From Auanema rhodensis (taxonomy: Eukaryota > Animalia > Nematoda), in NCBI GenBank assembly GCA_964057225.1, contig OZ059898.1:5890001-5954000 (forward strand): a DNA stretch of 64,000 bases, written 5' to 3'. Below the pieces are notes generated by a model, which saw only the letters and a program-made list of their open reading frames with translations, did no database searches and was not told the DNA's origin. Both the position numbers and the translations under genes were made by a program. Shown in pieces: positions 53,601-64,000 of the stretch (the stretch's first letter is position 1; each line of letters starts with the position of its first letter).

Positions 53601-54522
53601 GCAAATCTCATTGGAGCAATGTCGTTAAGCATAGTAGTACTATGAAATTTGAATAATTGCTAGAGGCCATTCCAATTTTCATGGTCATTCCTTTTCCCGA
53701 TAAGTACTAATAGTGAATACACATAGATCATTTTCACAAATAATTATTTCAAGAATTGAATAAGAAAAAAATGGCTTAATCTCATAATATATTTCATCAA
53801 TAATGCTCGAGATTTTGAGTTCATGAACTTAAATTTATTTTCATTCAAACAGATATAACATAACATGTAAATTTCAATTCAAACGTAAATTCATTGTTAT
53901 TTCATAAGATAGACAAAGCGGTTGTTCATAGTTTCAATGTAAGTTCATAAAATTTAAAGTAATTTTGAGAAACTAAAACATTCATAGCATTTTGCTCATA
54001 TGGTAAACAAAACGTATCCGATAGCCCCAACTCCATTACCATTTCGAATGGTGTTAATCGGAATTTCTTGTGTTATATGTTTCAATCTAGCCAGAATGCT
54101 TTTCAGGTTAAATTGATTCACACTAGGTGAAATATCTTGGATACTTTATAGATATTTCAATGTTATTCGAGAAGAACTGTTAGATGAATACGAAAAAGCA
54201 AAACCAACAAAAACCAAAGTTTCATATATTTTTAATATTCAGAATTTAATTTTATCATGAAAGGCTATCTGGTACATGGAAGACGCTATAAAACGAGACC
54301 AGGCAAGAAGAAGGCGCAAGAGAATCAAAGAACATAAATAGCTACATTATTTGTTCTTATTTATAAATTATTTTATATTATGGATGAATTTCCTTAGTAC
54401 AAAAATATCACAAAAAAATAGAACAAACCCGGCACCAATGACAATGAGAAAAAAAACAAATTTCACAGAGCAAGAAGAAATTTTTAAAACCTATTTCAAT
54501 CCCATTACTGAATAAAATATCC

Positions 54523-56302
54523 CTAAGCTTGCTGTAACTTTTTCTTCTTAACAATCTCAGCAAGTTGCTTAAACCTAGCCATACATTCATCTTTACTTTT
54601 TCCTTGTACAACTTCCGAAATGCGCCCCCATCTATATCGACAAATCATACAGAAATTGTGAACACAAAAGGATTTACCTGTCTTCTGTTCCTCTAGGAAA
54701 TTTCTGTAAAGCTTGTTCGAACAGTTTTTGATCTCCTTGAGACCACTCAGATGCCTGAAATATCGATTTATTAATAATAATTATAAATCATTCAAAATTT
54801 ATAAATTTAATGATCAAACGTACAGATGCAGTCACAGCAGGATCTGATGAAGTAAGATTTTCTGATTGCTGTCCTTTAACTAATTTATGATAATCTTCCT
54901 GAAGAGTGAATTATTTTTATTATTTAATATGCTACCATGATATACTTGTTTCATATTCTTCAATTTTCCTGCCATCGCAGTAACATCATCAGAATTACGA
55001 TTTAAAGCTCTACCGATCAAATCCCATCTTGAAGGAGTACCTAAACGAATTGATGAAAATGCCAGAAACTATTTCAGTAATATTTAATCTACCTGGAGGA
55101 TACTTCTCGGAGCTGAGACGAATAAGCAAAGACAATTCTTCACAACTCCATCCTGCACCAGTTTGCTCTTAAATTGATAAAAGTGTAATGACTTAATTCA
55201 ACGTGCTCATACTTAATGCCGTAACTGCAGCTTCTTTTTTGAATTTTTCTTCAAGAGAGGGATCATTCATTGTAACGACTTTAACATTCTTTGCAAGCTC
55301 GAAATGATATTCTGTTTTCGGTACCATAGGAGCACGACGTTTCACAATTGGTTCATCCTATAAAACAGTATTGTTAAATCAAGTTAAATCAAATATAAAC
55401 TAACAACTTCTTCTTCGACAATTGTAGGATTCATTCTTTCAATAAAAAGAGCATAGCCAAACTATAAAATTAAAACAGTACTGTAAAATATTAAATTAAA
55501 TTACCTTGGCTAAATTACCAAAACTTTTGATCAAAATAAAAGGAAGCAATTCGAACACATTCGGAAGATGTTCTTGTAAGGCTTGTTCGAGCATTTTCTT
55601 ATTTTCCTCTTCCGACTCTCCACTTTTTTTCTTTTTTGAACGTTTAACAGTCTGAAAAATAAAATTATAACTTCGAATAAAAAAGAAAAAACTAACCTGA
55701 TTCAAAACTAATTTTTTCTCATAATAAGACGCCCACATCATACAATAATGAGCTATAGTTGCAACGCTTAAAAGAACGAACATGGCCTCATACCACGTAA
55801 ACTTTCGCATTTTTCTATAAATATAAGCAATTAATATAAATATTTTATTTCATTTCTTACCTGTAATAATAAATAGGTTGTCGCCAATCTGGAAGCCCAT
55901 TATCCAATACATTATTATATTTTTCTCTAAGTTCAGAAGATTTCAATACTTCATAAATAGCTACAACCTGAAATGTTGTTGCTTTAAACTATTTGCAAAA
56001 TGCAATGTACAAACATTTCTAAATTTAACTGTGGCATCTTCAGCACTGTTTCTATCAGGATGATATTCTAAACTCAATTTCCTATATGCCTTTTTGATTT
56101 CAGACAAAGTTGCTTCCTAAAAAATGATATATTATAACACTGAGATGTTAACCAAACTTGCCCTGGTGATTCCAAAAAAATCATAAAAGCTTGTTCCAAT
56201 TTCTTCAACAAGATCATACAATGCTAACTCATCTGAATTCCAAGAAGCAGATGCTAAGCATGTTGAAAGTATCAAAAAAAGAAATAATTTAGAAACAATC
56301 AT
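54523..56302 (-). CDS. DNAJC1: DNAJC1/ERdj1 (MTJ1): signal peptide, J domain, TM segment, two SANT/Myb domains
   Basis: MIVSKLFLFLILSTCLASA signal; WNSDELALYDLVEEI; IKKAYRKLSLEYHPDRN (HPD motif); NGLPDWRQPIYYYR; a TM segment; SANT repeats WSCEELSLL...KYPPGTPSRWDLI and WSQGDQKLFEQALQKFPRGTEDRWGRI. Stop at 54523. Confidence 0.93.
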
Positions 56303-59300
56303 ATACCTGCAACAAAGTATTATTAAGTTACACAATTTTGAGAAAACTACAAATTGACAAAATACAGGAAACACCATAGCTATACGTAGTTTATTGTGAC
56401 GTTTGTTAACGATTATAATGAAAGTTGAATATATGATTGTTAGAATATAAATTTCGTTAAACTTAAAAATATGCCTAGTATTTGGATATTAATTAAAGAA
56501 AATTGTTTTATAAACATCACAATTATATAGCTATAGTAGTATACTGTAGAATGCAATATTCATACATGCCCATGTGAGAAAAATTAAAAAAAAAAATAAA
56601 TTAGTAAAACGCGTCATTGAATATTGTTGAAGAAATTATGTTTTATTACTAATCGATTGTTCAGTAATAATGTACTAGTCTGATCTTCTCAACTGTATGC
56701 ATATGCCAGAGGCAAGTTTTATAAAATCAAAAAAAGTGAGCATGGCTTTTACACAACTCCTTGGTTTTAAAACTACTCAACATTTATTTATTCAATAAAC
56801 TTTGACATTGAGAAATATTTAGTTATTTTTTAATTGTAGGAATTCAATTTTCTTTCTTATTTTCCTTTTTTTGTTATAGTTTAGATGATTTTGGTTGGTC
56901 TTGTGAAATTGTACATATTTTAAATATTTTTCCTTTGTTCGAAAATTTTCACTACCGTTTATATAATGTCATATTTTTTCTAAGAATTGCAGTTTTAATA
57001 TGATTGCAATTTTGAAGATATTTAGATTATTTATCATTACACAATATAGTATGGATTAGCCAATTTCTATGAAATATTGATAAAACCATGGTTATATATT
57101 CCTATTTAGGATATGCATATATAGTGAAGCTTATTCAAAACTACTCCTTAGAACAACAGGTCCTTCCGCATGGGTTATCCTTGCATTAGTAAAATAATTG
57201 GTCAAAAACATGGAGCCTACTAAAGAAAGAAAAAAATTGTCATTGTGCTTCATTGCTATTGGAATGTCCAGAATATGAGCTAATAAAGGAGTCTTCCATA
57301 ATTATAATCAAACTAAATTAGTAAAAATCTACAAATATATAGTGTCGATATATATATAATTTGTGTTTAATTTCAAGTATCTAATGAATAGATTTGAGAG
57401 AAATCGAGCCGAGGTTGACCATTTGGCAAAAAATGAAAAGATAAAGAGAGAAAGAGTTGAGCTATTGTGTTGCTGGAACAGCCAAGCAACCAGTCCCTCT
57501 TCTGTTGTGACTGGCCAGACGGACGGATGGTTCGTAAATCAGTCACGCAGATCCGTCACCTTGTGCACAGCTTTTGATCTTGACCGAGCTAACGACTACC
57601 GTCTGCTGCTTCTTCTATTTCTTAGGTTCTATCGTGAATTGTTCTAATGGTACGCTATTCATCCATATTGAATTCGTGCCAGATATCCGTTTTTCACTCG
57701 TTTATTTTCATCTGTTCTAACTGAGTGAATATATTTCAATTATTTCTCTTTTTTAAATTTTTTTGCGCCTTCCCAAACGAAAGCCATGGATTCAGTTGTT
57801 AGTCTTAATGATGTTCGTTTTAAGGCTCATGGGAAAAGTAGAGCTTAGTTGTATGACTCTTTTTGAAGTAGAAACTATCAAAGCTTTTAATGCCTACACT
57901 ATTTACTTAGACTATCCTTAACTTTTCCAATTTATTTTTGACTTCTTAATCCTCATCACTAAACACTTTGTGAACTTCTATTCGTTTTAGCTAGCATTCC
58001 AATAATTTTTGGAGATTTTATACAATTGGCAGTGTAAATTTTTTTTTTTTTTGCATAAAATGCGGAGTTTGAGTTAGATTCACGATTTTGACAGCTACTA
58101 ATCTTTTTAACTATCATATATACCATCAGCCATCTGTGTTCGTTTTGATCATCCAGCTGCCGAACATGATCTCAACAGCCTCTCTACTTCGTTGCCTAAG
58201 GGCCATAAATAGGGTTGTTGATGTTCCTTGATAATTGAATTGAAAAAGACAAACTGAATGAACTTTCCATAAGATTTTTATGATTCTAGATATTCTAGCC
58301 TATAGTATACATTCTTTGTTTCCATTGTATTATATACGTTCTGTGTGATACTTAGAAATCTATTAAGAAATACTTTAGATTTTCAAGTAGGAACACTTCC
58401 TCTTCTAAAGTAGAAAAACTTATTTAAACATCCCTCCATGTTTGGATGAATAATCTCAATTATATAATGATTCTACCAACATTATTAAATTCATGTTTCA
58501 CAAATACTGTCTATATCAAAAGCTTTAAATGTCTTCCGCACAATATTGGCGGACTTCTTGATGCGCCGCTGCGGGTGGCCAAAAGATCGTTTAAGCTTAG
58601 CATTAATTATATTAACTATGAATACAAAAAGCTTGGCTATTTTGTTGTTCACGTACGTAAAAGTCTCAAGCAAAATCTGAAGGAAAGCCGAAGCAATTAG
58701 CTAAAGCAATCATCAGATGCATTTGCAGCTTGCCTTTGTCATCCACTATTGTTCTTATATCCAATCCTAACCACAGGTGGAATACAGAAGTAGTTTATTG
58801 GCGGTTGTCTTGTGTTCGTCTTCCCTGCACAGAGCCACTGCTCTTGACATTCATTAATTGCCTTAAAACTGTAGGCTGAGGTTCTCATCTTTCTTGCCAC
58901 CCCCTGGGTGATAGAAGAGAGAGAGTGAGTAAGTGAGTGAGAAAGGATGAGAGATGGGCTACAGAAATCTGGCAATGAACTTTATGAATTGACAATCATG
59001 TATTCAGTGTAGTTGTACATGTGAAGGTAGAATGAAATGAATCAAGAGGTTTTGACTCATAACTAGTGTGGACTTACGGGCCTTTCCCTATAATTAGGAC
59101 GAGAACCGTCAACAGCCTCAATAATCTACTTCTCTCATTTCGTTTGCAATCTTTACCTCATAACATGGTCGAGAGAGAAAGAGAGCAAATGAAAAAGCAA
59201 AAGAGAGGTTGAAACTCATTTGTACATATTCGATCCTATCCAATTTATGAACTTGTTCATGTATTATTTCTACAGCTATTCTATATTTTCATCAAATTCT

Positions 59301-61250
59301 GATGGTATCGTTACAACTTTATTTTATAACAAATATTATCTGAATGCTGCTATTTAATATTTACATTCAATCTTTATATTTATATTCTTGTTTTAATAAT
59401 TTGTCAATTCACTAGATTAAAATGAAACTTCATTCATTGAATATACGCACTAGTATTACTTGGTTTTTGAAATTTTTTCCTTTTTTTCTTGGCATTCATG
59501 TCAATTAAATCATTTAATGAAGTTTTCTAATACACATTTTTCTTATTCGATCATTTACTTGCTTGTCTTCCTCCAAAAAAAAACGTCAACTTCTCACTTA
59601 GTTCTTTAAGAGTATTGAAGCTTTTTTTCTTTGGAGTTTCCTCTTTCATTTTTAGTGGAAAGCAGATGTTTATTTTTCCAATTTATTGTCTATTAGATAA
59701 AATAAAACTAATCCGTTTAATCATAAAACACCTTTGACCTGCTTTCTTCATGCGTGATCTTTAACAATTGAAAGAAGCTTACTTCTTGGAATAAATAAAG
59801 AAAACAATCAAAAATTAGACAATAAAATAATTATTCTATTCAAACCATTAAAACAAGCATAAAACCTTGTTTCAATGAATATTTAAAACTGAAGCTTCAG
59901 ATTTAGTTGTGTGATTGGTTTATCTATTACAAAGCCATACATACTTTTCGAAGGTCATTGAGATTGATTTCACATGATGTCGGCAAGCTTTTCCTTATTC
60001 ATTCAAAGCAAATTTATGCATCTTTCAGCATAAGATGGTAGTAGAAATGAATTTCTTTCTTATGCTTCACGTTTTCTTTATGTATTGAGCAATTTCTGTT
60101 TGGGTCAAAAGAAATATCTTTAAGTATATAAGCATAATGGTGTTCTCATCGATATTTTGTGTTCGACATCCAAAATGCTCTATTCCATCTAATATTAATG
60201 TAATTAAATAAACAAGAAGAATCAAGGGCAATTAGATGTGAATATATCGCTGTCATATCTGACCTCTGACAGCCGTCTGTAGACGTTTAGGTCATCTGTG
60301 CATGACGATATAGAGATTCAAACAAGAGAATGCCTAGAAGTGAGCTTAACAGCACAGTGTCAAGTAGCATTGACAAGAAGATTGAAAATAAATGGAAGTA
60401 ATGAAAGCTATAGAATTTAAGTCTTTTAACCTAACTGTGCTTGTTGTCTGTTAATTTCAGTACAAATGACTATCTTCTGTTCATCAGCGCAATCTTCTAA
60501 TCGCTCGCTCTATCCGTCACGGTCAGCGCCAGCCGGCATCCAAATATTGCACCGTGGTGCTCTTCGACCATTCTCGTGTATTCTGCTCTTCTTATTTATT
60601 CTCAGAATATATTAGGCATTCTATGTAATAGATTTTCAGAATTGAACTGTTATTTTATATAATTTATAATCATAATTTCTTTTATTTCAATTTATTTTAA
60701 AAACCATCTTTTACATTTCAATGTGAACTATTTATTAAAACTTTTCTATATTTCATATTTAAATATCTTTCTACTCTGTATATTAGCAAACTAGTCAAGT
60801 CTGATTCCTCCATTTTTCACATTATGAATGTGTTCTCCAATTAGACTGTGACAAGCTCTCCAAGTAGTCGTGAGCACAACAGATCCGTGATGAATTAGCC
60901 TGTCAAGTCTGTCCAGCAGTTCATCTAGTTTTCTTTTATTTAGCTTTTAATCAATTCATTCGAAGAACCGTTTTGACCTATTCGCATATTTGATTTGACC
61001 TCCTAACATCATCATAACCATCAGTTTGTTGTCATTTGAATGGTTTCCTTTTCAAAATAGAAATAATATGTATTAAGACACAAGGCATACCGTCTCTTTC
61101 ATATATTTATCTATCAATATGCTATATTTCCTTTATTATATTGAATAGTATAATGAATTACTCGAGTAATGATGCTGATGATGATCCTTATAATCAATCT
61201 TGTTTAGCTTTTCCTTCTTTATTGCAACAGGCAAGACGGCATAAGATAAA

Positions 61251-61262
61251 CCCCCCCCCCCC
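61251..61262. repeat. C12 homopolymer (G-tract on the minus strand)
   Basis: Read directly; unusual in this AT-rich background. Confidence 0.9.
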
Positions 61263-64000
61263 TCCCATGCAACTATGTTAGGCAGATTACATGAAGTCTT
61301 AAAGAGTAGCTCTAGAACTATATGTAATCTACTTTGATGTAAGCAAATCTTGTATATATTATATATGTTATTTTTATTTATAATTTAGTTGAAAATTATC
61401 ATTTATTATAAATTATTGTTTACATTGAAAATTGTTTTAATGTGAAGTCCAATACAGTTTAGTTGGTGATCAGAACAAAACGTTTTTCTGAAACCTCTTT
61501 GTACCAACTTCATTGAATTTACTAACAAGTTAGAATTGTTGTCTGATTGTCATTTCTTTGAAAGTGTTTTTCCTTTCTCCTTTCCTGACATTGTTTCGCT
61601 TACTTTCTATTCTTTAAGAAAACTAGAATTTTGTACCTTTTAACCTATTGTATCTATTTGTGAAAATGTGCTGTTTGTCTGGCTATACATTCATCCATTG
61701 TCCTTTGGATGTTATGTTTTCATAGATTCGTCTTCTTTGGCTCATATGCCACTCGTATCGTGCTTGGAATCCTGATGAAGAGCATCGGATGAAGGCGATC
61801 CGGAGACGTCGGAATGAAATTACGTGGCGCGGAACAATGCTCAGCAGCGTGCGGAATCAGATGATGAGCTTCCCACCGAGAACTACATCACAGAGCTCTC
61901 CACTGCCCTCTTTCTCTATTTTTCTCTTGCTCTCTCTAGTCTCTTTGTATATCTTTCCATGTCCCAAATTCTCTTACATACTTTTCCTGAATCTCTTATT
62001 CTCCCTATATCTCTTTCTCATCAACTTTCAAAATGATTCTTCTCTTGTTCATCAATTGCTCAATAGCTTTGATATGAGGTTCAATAGTATCCAGCACTTA
62101 CATCGTTTCACCCAGAAGCACGATCATCCTGATTTAGCCAAACTAGCTAGTTGTTTCTTAGATGACATTCTCAGAAACATAAACTGAGCATAATTTCATC
62201 TTGAGATATTACGCAATTTGTCTCCTGTTCATTGGCATGCTCGATTATTTTGCATATTTAACCATCCCGTATAGTTACGTAAACAATATGTTTTCATAAT
62301 TGCGCATCCGAACTTTGAATTAACATAAACTTGAGCCACTTATTGGGCTATTTGTTAGGTATGACTGCTGTTCTCGTGCGTGATCAGTCATTCGTATCTA
62401 GCTGTCATGTCCTCGATCGGCAGCCGCCAAAGACAACGGCAATAACCGTATGAAGCAACGATTCGTGACGATGATGACGGTCATTCTACTAAACTATCCT
62501 CATCACAATTCGTTTTCTTTGCACATTGGAGGGTCCCATTGAAATGCCTGGCCAACCGAAGAGCCATCCGACATACTCTCTGTTCACACATCATGTCGGA
62601 CCCTCGAAGCGGTCTGATTGTCCATCCGATGAATTGGCCGACAATGCTGTTACAGACCATTTCTTGTCGTTTTCATCTTTTGTTCAATACAAACTATAAT
62701 TTCAACTGTAGATTCTTATTTAATATATTCGTAATGGTCAGTTTAACCTTCTAGAGAGTATCCAGTGAAACCAACTTCAGTATTTTTACAACCTCGAGTG
62801 TCTCATGCGATGATTGGAAGAAAGAATATTTATCTTTTACCTTCATTCACATTCAGTAACCAAATATCCACTTATAATTCATTATTTTATTCTTTTTATA
62901 ACTTAATTATTTTGTTTCTTATATTTTTCTCATTCTTCTTTAGCTTCTTCTATGTGTTCGGATTTGCATATATTATTCGTCTACTCAGAAAACCTTCGCA
63001 CTGAATTGGAGGGGACTGATGCGTATCCAGTTTCAGACTTTCTTATTCTCTTTGCTTAAGAAAATAGAGTTAATCAGGCCAAAGCTTGACTTCAATCTTA
63101 TTACGTATATATGATGTGTATATAGTTACCAATAATAGAAATATGTAGTATATAATTGGCTGTATGACCTATCTACATACCTTGTTCTCGTTGTCTTTCT
63201 TTACAACCGCCAAATTTCGTTTGGTACATGGTGTGAGCTATTTAAATGGCCTGCACTCCTATTCTATGATAGAAACATCATGTATTGTAGAATATTGCAA
63301 TAGTTTCCAAAATTATATTTTTCAATGGCATAAGCGTTTCGAGATTATAAACGTTTTTATTTATATTCCAAGGTTAGCGCTTCATATCGTTAATTTAGAA
63401 CGATTGGTTCCAATTTATAATAAGACTTGACGTTTCATTTCATGTACGCTTGATTCATCATCTTCAAGCTCATAATCGACGTCATCATCATCATCATCTC
63501 CATGGTCATCATCTGTATGACCCTTGATAGTTCTTGCTTTAGTCTGTTTCTAACAATCCTACAATCTAAATATCTCATTAACCAGTCATCCGGCCAATGT
63601 GCTCACTCGCTGACTCAACGTAGCTCTTATTCGGTCAAGAAAATAATTGCTTATGCCCTAGGGGGAATCACATAGTCATTCTCTCTCTTTTTCTTTCATT
63701 CTCTCTATCTATCGTCTTCTCTCTCTTTCTCTCTTTCGTTATCTCAATTTTCCCTCTTTTCCTTTACTGCAAGCTTTCCGTGTTCATCTGTAAGCACTTG
63801 GATACCGTATGTTAGGTTCTTTTGCCGATCAGGAGGGACGCATGTATCCGACAAGTCAAGTGGTCCTATTATGGTGATCTTATGCTCATTATCTGCTCCT
63901 TGGTCATGTTGGCAAAGCCCTTCAGCCTAATAAATACTGTTACCAGCTGGATTGTTGTCTCTGGTTCAAGTAATGGTTGTAGTATTTGTAGAATAGTTCT

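Noticed and set aside
1-56302. Functional clustering of ER/glycan genes (OS-9-like, galectin, DPY-19, DNAJC1)
   Set aside because: They are on different strands, tens of kb apart and interleaved with unrelated genes, and I saw no shared UPR element; chance is sufficient.
60238-60321. Long imperfect fold-back (TATATC/GATATA, GTCAT/ATGAC, TGACCT/AGGTCA)
   Set aside because: Large asymmetric bulges and a branched loop make it a poor pre-miRNA.
60545-60566. TATTGCAC, the miR-92/miR-235 5' sequence
   Set aside because: The rest does not match the mature miRNA and there is no complementary arm.
1-64000. tRNA, SL RNA, snRNA, telomeric (TTAGGC)n arrays, piRNA Ruby-motif clusters, CRISPR arrays, transposase ORFs
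   Set aside because: Only isolated short matches (GTTCGA, single TTAGGC, a few CTGTTTCA) without the required structure or density. This was a by-eye scan, so tRNAscan-SE and Infernal are still needed.

Overview
AT-rich, intron-dense eukaryotic DNA that reads as a rhabditid (clade V-like) nematode. Most introns are about 35-60 nt, and several ATGs sit right behind trans-splice-like acceptors. The supplied ORF track mostly shows exon fragments, so I spliced the genes by eye. Nine protein-coding genes are supported: an OS-9-like MRH lectin (minus, runs off the left edge), a secreted Gly/Tyr-rich precursor, a LEC-6-like galectin, dpy-19, a secreted two-repeat helical protein nested antisense in the 8.1-kb first intron of dpy-19, clk-2/TELO2, AKAP17A, NDUFA9, a CAP-Gly/coiled-coil protein and DNAJC1 (ten counting the nested gene separately). 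I found no tRNA, rRNA, CRISPR array or intact transposon. The best leads are the nested polyprotein-like gene, a candidate 20-nt poison exon with a GC donor in AKAP17A, candidate microexons and a transmembrane alternative N-terminus in the CAP-Gly gene, and paired RGRK processing/amidation signals in the Gly-rich precursor. Family assignments come from remembered motifs, not database searches.
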